Below are positions 11,811 through 22,913 of a stretch of 64,000 nt of DNA, piece by piece. Position 1 is the stretch's first letter. Each line of letters begins with the position of its first letter. Both the position numbers and the translations under genes were made by a program. The DNA comes from Flectonema sp. DT1601 (taxonomy: Eukaryota), in NCBI GenBank assembly GCA_964019425.1, contig OZ025782.1:806001-870000 (forward strand). The letters run 5' to 3'. The notes beneath the pieces are model-generated. The model had not been told where the DNA came from and did not search any database. It was given only the letters and a program-made list of their open reading frames with translations.

Positions 11811-13289
11811 ATGTTACGAACTCTAATCACATTCCTGTTGGTGGTTGCCACAGCGTCAAGTGACAACAGGCCACATATTCTCTACATGGTAATCGATGAC
11901 GTGGGTTGGGCTGACGTCGGATTCCACGGAAGTGACTTCCCGACACCTGTGATTGACGGACTGGTAGACAGCGGGGTTGAGATGTCGAGATTCTACGTGC
12001 AGCCCGTGTGCTCACCTACGAGGTCATCCATGATGACGGGGAGGTATGCATTCAATATGGGAATGCAACACAGCACTACTATAAAGCCTGGATCAACTGC
12101 TCACATACCAGCTGATGTGAAAACCATCGCAGAGATACTGAAGGAAAATAGCTACGACACCCACATGATTGGAAAGTGGCACTTGGGATACGCATCGTGG
12201 AACTACACTCCAACAGGTAGAGGATTTGATACCCACACTGGGTACATGGGGGGAATGATCGACTACTACACCAGAAACATGACATTTGACGACTCAAATG
12301 GATACGACTTCTGGAAAGGTCATCAAGTGAATACTCTTCGCAATGGTTCCTACACGATGATCGATTACCTGGCTGATGCTGATGCTGTTCTGACGGAGTC
12401 TGCTTCTTCGGGAAATCCGACTTTCATGTACTTCGCACACCAAAACATCCACATCCCACTTGACTACCCTCCAACTAGAAACCCCGCCTGCAGTACTGTC
12501 CTTCCAACTAGACGGGCAATCCTTTGTGATATGATGTCGGCGTTGGACACGGCGATTGGTGACCTGATCGACACGTACAAGAGGCTTGAGATGTGGAACA
12601 ACACTATCCTTGTGACTGCTACAGATAACGGTGGGATGACATACTACGAGGAACAGGGTCTGAGTTCGGCATCCAGTAACTGGCCTCTTCGTGGTGGGAA
12701 AACAACTCTGTATGAAGGTGGTGTCCGTGGGGTTTGCTTCATCAACGGAGGTGAAAACGTTTTCCCTTCGCACTTGAAAGGATATAAGTACGAAGGACTA
12801 TCTCACGTGACTGACCTTGTGCCTACTATCTTTTCCGCAGCGGGACTGGACCAGTTGATTCCCGGGCTTCAGCTTGATGGTGTCAGCCAGTGGGACTCAA
12901 TCACCAACAAGAAGAGCAGCCCTCGTTCTGAGATTCCAATTAACATCATTTGGGGAGGTCGAAACTACACCTCAATTATCTCAAATGATATGAAACTGAT
13001 TGTCGGATTATTTGACGGAGTTTATGATGGATATTGGACTATTAGTCCTTACAAGAGACTTCCTCCTCCTCATGATGTTCATCACTTTACTCGTCTTTTC
13101 AACTTGACTGAAGACCCATTGGAGCAGAACAATATCGTTGAGCAATTCCCTGACATTGTGAGTAATCTCAGAGAGAGAATATCATTTTATGTTAACGGAA
13201 GCAGCTACTCAGAGCCACAACCGAATGATGTCGACCCAGCTTCATTGCCAAATCTCCACAACGGTGTTTGGGCGCCGTTTTTAAATTAA
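11811..13289 (+). CDS. Arylsulfatase B-like formylglycine-dependent sulfatase (family S1)
   Basis: Signal peptide MLRTLITFLLVVATA; PHILYMVIDDVGW, CSPTRSSMMTGR (CxPxR), GKWHLG, TDNGG, NWPLRGGKTTLYEGGVR, LFNLTEDPLE. Confidence 0.93.
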   Translation: MLRTLITFLLVVATASSDNRPHILYMVIDDVGWADVGFHGSDFPTPVIDGLVDSGVEMSRFYVQPVCSPTRSSMMTGRYAFNMGMQHSTTIKPGSTAHIPADVKTIAEILKENSYDTHMIGKWHLGYASWNYTPTGRGFDTHTGYMGGMIDYYTRNMTFDDSNGYDFWKGHQVNTLRNGSYTMIDYLADADAVLTESASSGNPTFMYFAHQNIHIPLDYPPTRNPACSTVLPTRRAILCDMMSALDTAIGDLIDTYKRLEMWNNTILVTATDNGGMTYYEEQGLSSASSNWPLRGGKTTLYEGGVRGVCFINGGENVFPSHLKGYKYEGLSHVTDLVPTIFSAAGLDQLIPGLQLDGVSQWDSITNKKSSPRSEIPINIIWGGRNYTSIISNDMKLIVGLFDGVYDGYWTISPYKRLPPPHDVHHFTRLFNLTEDPLEQNNIVEQFPDIVSNLRERISFYVNGSSYSEPQPNDVDPASLPNLHNGVWAPFLN

Positions 13290-14126
13290 ATGCAGACAGG
13301 ACTCTCATTCTTTCGAAACATCGATATCTGTAAGTCTCTTATCTTATTATTATTAAATTTAACCAACAGAATCTAATGCTCTCTAATACTTTGAGACAAG
13401 CATCGGGTTGAATTGTTGTCCTCAAGACAGCTAATATCAGACCCGAATTTGCTTTTCTCATTTTATCGAAATAACTTTCTTTTTTATCATTTGTGTGTTT
13501 ATTGTTAATCAGTTCAAAGTAATCTCAACTTTGTGATTGACCCATTTGTTGATGGTCAGCACATTCATAATTATGAAACTCTTCCTTCCTTTCCTTTTTA
13601 TTTCGTTTTCTTTCCCACATTCAATCAGCTTATGTTTTTTTTTTTTTTTAAATCGTTTTTTTGATAATTCATTACGAAAAAAAAAAAAAAAAAAAAAAAA
13701 ACTATGATAAAAAAAAGTGATTGATTTTTTTTTATTTTTCTCTTGTAGACAAAAAACAACAGAGCTGTGCCATGTCTTTTTTTTTTTTTTTTTTTTTTTT
13801 TTTGAGTTGCTTCTTAACTTAAAAAAAAAAAGGGTGTCGTTACTTTGATAAAGCAGTTTCTTGTTGTTCTTTGTTTTGCTTCGTCGTTTACTCACTAGCA
13901 ACTATCACAAAAATTCATTCCTCGTTCAATTCTTAGTCTTTAGTATTTATGTGTTATTATTTTAATGAACTTAAACATGTCTTTCTCCAGAAGTTATCAT
14001 TTATGTGTTCATCTAAAGTCGATATTTGGAAGTCACGTTTTGAGTAATTCAGAACAAGTAATTTAAACAGTCCTCACTGTTTCTGTTAATCAAATGTTAT
14101 TATTATTTCAGGAGGGTCATCATAAA

Positions 14127-16374
14127 ATGGTTTTATATAACTTTAAGCAGATAGAGTCGGTCCCGAAGTCGAAAGAGTTCGTCGATGTAATCCTGTCAAA
14201 GACACAGCGTAAGACACCAACAGTTGTTCACAAAGGGTACGCTATCACAAGAATAAGAGCATTCTATATGAGAAAGGTTAAGTATACTCAAAAGACTATT
14301 CACGAGAAGCTATCAACAGTGTTGGATTCATTCCCAAGATTAGATGATGTGCATCCTTTCTATGCCGAACTGATGAATGTTTTATACGACAGAGATCATT
14401 ACAAGGCTGCTTTGGGAAGATTGAATACAACTCGTCACTACATCGATCAGTTGGGAAGGGAATACGTCAGACTTCTTAAGTTCGGAGATTCCCTTTACAG
14501 ATGCAAGCAACTTAAAAGAGCTGGATTAGGAAGAATGGCAACCCTTTTAAAGAAACTTGATGATTCTTTGGGATACCTCGAAGAAGTTCGTCAGCATTTG
14601 TCGAGATTGCCTTCGATTGATCCAAACAGCAGAACTCTAATTGTCTGTGGATTCCCTAACGTCGGAAAGAGTTCCTTCATGAACCGTGTCACTAGAGCTG
14701 ATGTTGACGTACAGCCGTACGCGTTCACAACAAAATCACTTTTTGTTGGTCACACTGACTACCGTCAAATGGCCTGGCAGGTAATTGACACCCCGGGTGT
14801 ACTTGATAAACCTCTTAGAGACTGCAGTACTATTGAAATGCAGTCTATCACTGCCCTTGGTCACTTGAAGGCATCTATTCTTTACTTCATGGACTTGTCA
14901 TGCCAGTGTGGATACTCAATTGATCAACAGGTTTGTAGTTATTATATTGTTGTCGTTGTCGTTGTAGTTACCGAAGTAATATTTCTTAATAAACAAACAA
15001 AACAGGTTACACTGTTCAAGAACATTTCACCTTTATTTGCCAACAAGCCGCTTTTGGTTGTTTTGAACAAGTGTGACGCTCTGAAGTTACAGGACGTGTC
15101 CCCAGATGAGAAGAAGCTTGTCCTTGGAGTATGTAATTAACATAAATATCAACTTTAGTAGCCTTGTTGTACTTCTTCACTTGAGCTGGAGAAATTAATA
15201 ATAAATAAAGAAACAATAAAACAAAACACAAAACAGGCAATCAAGGAAGCTGGTTGCGAATACCTTGAGTGCTCGACTCTTCACCAGCAGGGAGTTGGTG
15301 ACTTGAAGATGAAGGCTTGTGAAATGCTTCTCGCTTCTCGTCAGGAGCAGAAGGTCAGAGGTAAGAAGTACCAGGAGATCGAGAACAGAATATACTGCGC
15401 AATGCCAGAAGAGAGAGATGAGAGAAGCCGTCCATCATTCGTGCCAGACTCTGTTAAGCAAGTAAGAGTATGTATCATTTCATTTGATTTGATTTTAGGA
15501 ATGGATCTTAAGTGGCTTCTTGAACATCAAGACTGCCTACTTTATTACTTGTTGGTCTTATTTTATAACAACACAGTCGCTCAAGGACCAGGGAGTCGAT
15601 CTCCCAAAGCGTCAAACCGAACGTGATTTAGAAGAAGTAGGTGGAGGACCTGGTGTGTTCAGTATGGATTTGAGAAAGAACTATTTATTAGCTGACGATG
15701 ATTGGAAATACGATGTCATACCTGAGATCATTGACGGTAAGAACATCGCTGATTACATCGATCCTGACATCGAAGAGCGTTTGAAGGAACTCGAAGAGGA
15801 GGAAGACCTTCGTCTTGAGGAACTCCGCGAACTCAACTCTGCGAGAGACGGAGAGGACACATTCAAATTGAATGACAACTCAAAGGAAGCTTTGAGGCAG
15901 GTAAAGGAAACTGTTGCTTTAATGCGTGTAGAAAACGCTGCGAAGAAGGCAAGAGGAAGAGGAAAGCTCGGAAGAGTCGCAGCCGCTGTAGAGGCGCATC
16001 AGGAATTGATTCACAAGAACAGAGATTCCAGATCAAGAAAGAGAGAACAGGGTTTGGGAGACTTCGATGGAAGAGATTTATCGATGGACGATTCGGTCAG
16101 AGCGAGATCGCAGTCAACCATCAGATCGACTTCAAGAACGAGATTCTTCAGCAATGCCCCATCTACAAGAGATCGTGGTGTTGTTGTTTCAAAGTTGGGA
16201 GGTCTGAAGTCTGGATCTCAGAAATTGAAGGCTTTCAGAATGTCAGTCAAGAAGACACGAGTACTGGCACGCGACTCTCGTCAGGGAGAATCCGACAGAC
16301 ACCACTTCGACATGAAACCAAAGTGGGCGTTCTCTGGAAAGATGAAATCGCAAAAGACAAGACACAGCCGTTAA
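14127..16374 (+). CDS. NOG1: Nucleolar GTP-binding protein 1 (649 aa, 4 exons)
   Basis: [14 protein letters not shown]1 [30 protein letters not shown] motif [23 protein letters not shown]. Exons 14127-14930, 15006-15128, 15237-15461, 15577-16374 join in frame across GT-AG introns. Confidence 0.96.
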
Positions 16375-16907
16375 GCTATATACCCTCCCTTGTGCTGTCT
16401 GCTTTGTCTTTTTGCAGTCGTTTTTTGTATATATGACCAATCCACGCCATCAGCTATTTTCACGTACCTTTTAATTTTATTTTTTCCCCCTTTTCGTTTC
16501 TTCCGCAGTTTGCGTTCATTCTGTTTTCCTTCCCCCTTTTTATTTTCACTTTTATTTTCTTTTTATTTTTATCATCCCGTCTCTCAGTGCTTCGTCGAAC
16601 CCAATGCCTCCTCTCTCTTTCGTATCATTTCCCATTCTCTTGAAGCTCCCTAACTTTCCTTTCGTGGATCTTCTCTTGTGTTCCAATAATAGTATCAAAT
16701 TCGGAAATAAAAAAAGTCAAAATTAAATTAATAGCTGATGGCTTGATTTAGTAACGTTTCTTAATTCACAAAACAGGACAGGAGTAGAATTGAAAACTTG
16801 TGTTGAATTATTCACATCACTTAAGTTGAAAGTAGCTCGTTGTGAACTCAGCTTACATTATTATTTTAGATCTGTTTTTTCTCCAGTCATTTTTTAGACA
16901 AAAATAT

Positions 16908-18889
16908 ATGAAAATGATAAAGTTACTATCAACGTGTCTGTTGCTGACTCTGACTTCTGCGAAGCTTCTGGCAAGCTCTCGAGTAAAGAAGTGTTTTAAT
17001 GATGGAGATAGTGAAACATGTGGTTATAGTATTGTAGTCTTAATGGAATTGAACGGTGATAAGTATAATGCTGAAAGGATTGTAGTCACACAAGTTTCTG
17101 ATGGAGAAAATATAATTCCGATGGACAAACCTCTCGAGGTCACACTCGAGACTGTCAAAACAGAAATTGTTTACGATCTGACAAGGTTAAGATTATTTAA
17201 TAAACGACCACAAGAATACGTCTACTACGGACCAATGGGATCTTGTCCAGGTGGTTGTAAAGAAGTAGTCGGAGATGATGGGAAAGCAATCAAATACTCT
17301 TCTGGTTTCTGTTGCCAATGTTCTATTTCTGCACAACTTGGATTATCAAGTCCACCACATAGAGGAAATCCTTCTTGTTCAATATTAGACAGCTCAGTAA
17401 CATCACATTGTATTAGAATGGATGATGAATGGTATATTGGTTCTCTCATTTCTACTTCCCCGAGAATGGAATACACAGTCGGTGTTTCAACAAATCAAGG
17501 AACACAGTTTGAAGTTACAGAGAGTAGAGGTATGTTTGTAGATTATTAACTCAAAAATGACTGCTCCAAAACAACATCAAAACAGACTACAAAAAGGATA
17601 ACATAACTGCTACTATTGTCGTGTCTATCCCTCCTTATTACTTTGACATCGGTGGTCAGATTCTACTCGTCCCTCAAAGTGGATCTGGAACAGTACTTCG
17701 AGTACCTCAACACTTCGTATCAATAAAAGGTGATGAGTGTAATAAGATTGGTGTTTCTTATGAAGGATTTATCACTCAAGGAGGTAGATGTGAAGTAGTT
17801 GATGGATCTTGTTTAGGTAGTCAGATTATTGATTACATATACGAAGATAGTATTAGAGGACCTGGTCAAGTCCCGTTGTACACAATGTTAGGATCACCAA
17901 ATCTATTCGATAGTCATGTTTTGTATTGGCACCTTGTAAAACCAGCGAGGTTTATTGTAACTGTTGAGATTGATAACGTTGATGAAGTTCATTTTGCTGT
18001 CAATCACTCGACCAGCGCTAATATTACGGATGTCTACATCAAGGACAGTAACGACAAAAATGAAGTTCAAGAAACTGGATACCTATTCGCGAAAGTTGTG
18101 AACAGCGGAAAGGTACCATCATCGCTGACAGTCATCGCAGAAGCTGAGGCAGGATTCGTATTTCTGGAGCCGATGAGAGTACGTCATTTTGAAGTGAATC
18201 AAGAACATGTATTTGAGTGGACAATTAGAGCAAAAGATGGAACGAGTAACACAGCAGTATGGCCGGTAGTCATATCTGTACAAAGTGTTAAATATGAAGA
18301 GTTAGACAGATGGCAGCTCAACATTACATCAAAAGCTGTTGTCGTAGATGCAGGTGCCCAAGGAGGAAACCAAAACAACTACACTGGTTCTGTCCGCGAC
18401 CCTGAACATGATCCTAACAAAGGAAAAACAAAGAATGAATCATGTACAGACTGCCCTTGGTATAATCCAATATGTTTCTTATCACGTGAATGCTTCCTTC
18501 GTGGTGTTCTTCAATTCATCGGTACACTCTTACTCGTCCTGGTTATCGGTTATCTTGTTGTCAAGGGACACGCATTGCGATTTCTGAAGTGGTGCTTGAA
18601 GCGCTGCTACAAAAAGAAGAACAAAAAGAGGGAAAATAAAAAGAAAAACAAAGACTCAGAAAAGGTCCACATCACTATAAGTGAGTATGACAGCAGCTCA
18701 GAAAGTTCTGAAGAAGCAAAGCGGCAGAAGAAAAAGAAGAAGACGAAGGCGTATGAAGCTCACGCACCGTATCCGCAGACTGATAGGAATCCAATCGACG
18801 TAATGAAAATGATGCATCAAATGGGGTTTGGAGGTAAACCAGCACCAGGATACCCTCAGGCACCACCTGTAGCAACAAGACCTGTTTGA
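16908..18889 (+). CDS. HAP2: HAP2/GCS1 gamete membrane fusogen (641 aa, 2 exons)
   Basis: Signal peptide; LLASSRVKKC, FNKRPQE, SSGFCCQC, HRGNPSC, SHCIRMDDEWY, HAP2-GCS1 core GDECNKIGVSYEGF..C....SCL..QI, single TM helix, basic Cys-containing tail. Exons 16908-17529 and 17586-18889; intron 17530-17585. Confidence 0.92.
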
Positions 18890-19323
18890 GTTTCTAAGAA
18901 TGATCTGAAATGATCCCCCGTTCAGATTACTTCAGTCAGTTATCCTTTCTATTCTGTTTCTGACTCAGCCGACTTAATGTCTCTAATGCGACAGCATTAC
19001 CAACAGACCAAGTGACTGTTGAAAAGCAAAAACTATATTTACCCTTTACTTCCTCCCTGTTTTATTATTTATTAGTACTTTGTATGCAAAGCCGCGCCTT
19101 AGCTCTCTGAGCCATTTCATAGTTTGTGTTGGTTTTGCTTTTGGAGCAACGGGTGCGGCTACTAATTAAATTCTGTAAAACCTTCTGAACACGATGATTA
19201 TTATTATTATTATTATCTTTTGTTTAGACAGCATCGGATTGAAGATTAAAATGGGAGGTCGCAATAATTAGAACAAAAGTAAGTTCACATCCGATCCCAA
19301 AATCTCACTTATATTCCAATACA

Positions 19324-21927
19324 ATGGAAGAACTACTTTGGGATATAGTCCGCTCAGTAGAACGCAATGTTGTTAGAGTCGTATTCGATGGTGACTACTG
19401 CAACACTTGGAGACTACGAAGGACTTGGTGGAGTCGTAAGAAGATCTGGGCAGACAATCAAAGAAGGAAGAGAAGAGTACTGATGAGAGAGTTTAAAGAG
19501 TTTTGGAAGAATCTTAAAAAGTTACTAACTCAGTTAAAGGGAACTGATGAAATGGAAATTGAACTAAACATCGTTAAGAGAAAACTTGAAAGACAAACCA
19601 ACCACTACGGAACATGTCTAAAGAGTGTACTCAGTCAGGTAACTGAATTCTATTCTAAACAAGGATGTGATAGAGGTGTCACAAGAGGTCGTTGTTGTTG
19701 TGGTTGTGGTGGAGCAATCTGTTGTAGTCGCTGTGGATATCGTCTCTGGGATCCAACAACAATTCCACTCCCAACAACTCCATTTGACTTCTTAACATCA
19801 TTTGATGGTTCTGAAGTATCCGCTGATATTGCTTCAAAGGTAGCCTCCTTATTAGAGAAACAACACGTCTATGAAAAGGAAATTATTAAAACTAGAATGT
19901 CTAAAGAAATAAAGCGACGAGACGACCGCATCAACGTATTGACAACTCAAATCAAAGAAGCAAGATTTGAGGGATTCGGTGCGTTTGCATTTCCTGTTCA
20001 GTCGCAAACAAGAAGTGACAGCATTTCTTCAAATAGTGAAAACCTTCAAACGACTCACGTCGTTCATCAGAGTTGTTTAGTGAGAAAGCCGATAATTGAA
20101 ATGTCTCAGAAGGAGAAAAGTAAAGATGTCGGTAGTTTGAACGAAGAGTTGTCATCAAAAAAAAAAGAATCGCCTGACTTTCAACTGCTTCCATCATCAT
20201 CTCAAAAACATAAAAAGAAACCCTTCACAAAGAATACTGTGAATATCGATCGACTGCATTCAACCAAACAAAATCAAGATCGTCGACGACAAGAACGTAT
20301 CCAACAAGAGAGAACTCTTTATGATAATATTCTACAACAAGTATTGAGAGATCAGATTAGTATTGCTTCTGAAGAAAATAATAAAAAGAAAGGAAAAAGA
20401 AATGATAAATACACACAAACAACTAATCCAACAAACAACAACACTAAACATTACAATGGAATCATCACTACTACAACACCAGAATCTGTAGAATTGGATA
20501 CCCCAAAACAAATTACTATAAAGAAAGGAACGTATTCTACTTGTGATAATCGAATTCAGAGTAAGCCGATTGTAATTACGAAACGGAAGAAAGTTATCGA
20601 CAACAGCAAAGTGGTTGTTGATAATCCGATACCAAAGAAGTATTATAAAAAACAAAACCAATCCAAATCAAAAAGAAAAGTACTACAATACCAACCAGTC
20701 ATACCTGTCGTATATGATGGGGATATGGATGTGGTGATTTCTAAAGAAGCTTGTCCTTTGATTACTCAAGGGTGGTCATTTCATGTAAACGAAAGAGAAG
20801 AAGCCAATCAATACAAGAGTGAGCAAATTAATAATAATAATTCATCGAAAACTACTCCAAGTAGATCAATCAAAGACGTGATATTATCAAATATATCAAA
20901 ACAGATAAGAGAATGCGATATCCTGAAACCAACATCGTTCGCTTTAAGACTACAAAACTCTAATCAAACAACAACAACAAATGATTTGACGAAAAACTAT
21001 ACCGATGAAAGTACTATTGCAGAACACAACACACAAAATAGTATGGTTGCGGAATCTAGTCATCATTCTGGTCCGAACTTCTTCCCAAATCGTGATAAAA
21101 GGAATACCAATGATTACCAATCTTTGGAGCTTACTTCAAGTATTATTATCGATCCTGTTAAGAGGGACGTCAATCAAATCACATCCGTCGGGAGAAAACA
21201 AAATAAAAGAATTCCATCAAACTCAACAACAGAATTATCTAATTCAGCAAAGATGTCGATGTGGAAAGTACAGCTACAAAGACAAATGGAAAAAACACAG
21301 ATCGATGATGAAATTACTTCACATCAAAGACAGCGAGTCAGTGACGTGTTGGCAGATGAGAACATAACACCTCCCTGTCAGTATGACGGTGATGGTGAAT
21401 TAGAAATATCGATTGAGAATGGATTAATGATTTCAAGTTCTGAAGAACCTTCTGGACAGCAGGCATTGGATTCGAATATCAGAAATCAAATCATATCCGA
21501 CTCCGTTATTCACAAAGTCTATAAGCGAGCATTCGCTCTCATAAAAGAGCGATGTGAAGCTGACATCCTGACCCCACATCTTTCAGATAGCGAGGCATCG
21601 ATCTTGAAAACTCTCATCAGAAAGAAACGTTCTTTTCAAAAGAAAGAATCAAATCCTCGTTGTGAAGATGTTGAGGAATTCGATCGAAACCGATCTGTGA
21701 AACCTTCAGACGTCATTTTAGATGATTTGAATAACATTTCACTCGGAGATTCCTTCGCACTCTCAGGTGCTGCTCCGCGTGGTCTTCGATCGTTCTATTC
21801 TCGTGAGTCAGTTCGAAAGGGAACATCAAATGCAACAACGGTAGCTGCTGCCCTTGTTTGTTGTGCCACAGCTGCTTATGAGCCGAGTACCTTTGTTAGG
21901 GTCAAGTACTACACTATTTCTATTTAA
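19324..21927 (+). CDS. Hypothetical protein (N-terminal coiled coil and Cys cluster, long low-complexity region)
   Basis: 867-aa ORF in the same orientation as its neighbours; CCCGCGGAICCSRCG near 19692-19737; no family recognised. Confidence 0.65.
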   Translation: MEELLWDIVRSVERNVVRVVFDGDYCNTWRLRRTWWSRKKIWADNQRRKRRVLMREFKEFWKNLKKLLTQLKGTDEMEIELNIVKRKLERQTNHYGTCLKSVLSQVTEFYSKQGCDRGVTRGRCCCGCGGAICCSRCGYRLWDPTTIPLPTTPFDFLTSFDGSEVSADIASKVASLLEKQHVYEKEIIKTRMSKEIKRRDDRINVLTTQIKEARFEGFGAFAFPVQSQTRSDSISSNSENLQTTHVVHQSCLVRKPIIEMSQKEKSKDVGSLNEELSSKKKESPDFQLLPSSSQKHKKKPFTKNTVNIDRLHSTKQNQDRRRQERIQQERTLYDNILQQVLRDQISIASEENNKKKGKRNDKYTQTTNPTNNNTKHYNGIITTTTPESVELDTPKQITIKKGTYSTCDNRIQSKPIVITKRKKVIDNSKVVVDNPIPKKYYKKQNQSKSKRKVLQYQPVIPVVYDGDMDVVISKEACPLITQGWSFHVNEREEANQYKSEQINNNNSSKTTPSRSIKDVILSNISKQIRECDILKPTSFALRLQNSNQTTTTNDLTKNYTDESTIAEHNTQNSMVAESSHHSGPNFFPNRDKRNTNDYQSLELTSSIIIDPVKRDVNQITSVGRKQNKRIPSNSTTELSNSAKMSMWKVQLQRQMEKTQIDDEITSHQRQRVSDVLADENITPPCQYDGDGELEISIENGLMISSSEEPSGQQALDSNIRNQIISDSVIHKVYKRAFALIKERCEADILTPHLSDSEASILKTLIRKKRSFQKKESNPRCEDVEEFDRNRSVKPSDVILDDLNNISLGDSFALSGAAPRGLRSFYSRESVRKGTSNATTVAAALVCCATAAYEPSTFVRVKYYTISI

Positions 21928-22232
21928 AAGGTTGAGTTGCAGTAATTGGTACTACACTTTCTGTTTAGTTTATTTAAGTAACTAATATTATTCATTTACA
22001 ACGACCCTCACCTGGTCACTTTAGATAATTTAGTTATTCAGTTTTGATTATTATTACATACTTTTCTCTTCAAAGGAATGAAGCAAACATGATGATGGAG
22101 TCTGATGGAGTTTATTGTATTGTTTTTGATTTTTTTTTTTTTTTTTTTTTTAAAAAAAGTCAAAAATTACTTCCAAAAACACCAGCCTTCCAACAAACAC
22201 ACAAAAACCAAAACCAAAAAAAAAAAAAAAAA

Positions 22233-22913
22233 ATGAAAGCAAAGACCTACAAATACATCATCGTAGTGTTGTTGTTCATCTCTTGGATTCTAACTATCGT
22301 GGCATCGGCTGTCCCTAACGGTTATTTAGACACGGATGGTAATCTTCCGATTGTCAGGGCACCAACAGTAGTAAATGGAATATTTACTTACAATAATAAC
22401 TTCATCACTTACGATACTGACTGTGGTGTTTTTGATTGTTTCATTACTGATATTTGTGATGACTACACTCCTTTAGCTAGAGCAGCGAGGGCTTTCGTTA
22501 TTATTTCAATACTTCTGATTTCAATGTTGCTTCTCATCCACCTCGCCATGTGTCACCAAAAAACCTGCAATAAGATGCTCGCTAACAAAACATTTTACAA
22601 AATAAGCAAAAACGGTGGTCTCGCATTCTTACATCTCCTCACGTGTGCCTGTTTGGTTATTGCGTGGGGAATCTTGTTGGGAATATTTACTACGGAGAAG
22701 TGCAATATTACTCCAAAGGACTTCATGAAGTTGTACATTGCTGTTCCGTTTTATATCATCGCAACTGTTTTCTGTTTTATTGTGTGCATTCTTTGCTACA
22801 TGAAGAAACACATGGCAATCGATGTGTTGGTAGTTGAGAATCACTACCCTCCTGCATACAACACCCAACCAGGATACGCTGTCAACCCAATGGACAGTTA
22901 CTACTATCGTTAG
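22233..22913 (+). CDS. Amastin-like / claudin-like four-TM surface protein
   Basis: ATG at 22233 after a poly-A run; four hydrophobic helices, Cys-containing first loop, ARAFVIISIL and WGILLGIFTTEKC resemble amastins; PPAY tail. Confidence 0.65.
   Translation: MKAKTYKYIIVVLLFISWILTIVASAVPNGYLDTDGNLPIVRAPTVVNGIFTYNNNFITYDTDCGVFDCFITDICDDYTPLARAARAFVIISILLISMLLLIHLAMCHQKTCNKMLANKTFYKISKNGGLAFLHLLTCACLVIAWGILLGIFTTEKCNITPKDFMKLYIAVPFYIIATVFCFIVCILCYMKKHMAIDVLVVENHYPPAYNTQPGYAVNPMDSYYYR

Noticed and set aside
13509..13901. Lys/Phe-rich ORFs here and at 23-24 kb and 29-30 kb
   Set aside because: Translations of poly-A and poly-T tracts, mostly with non-ATG starts.
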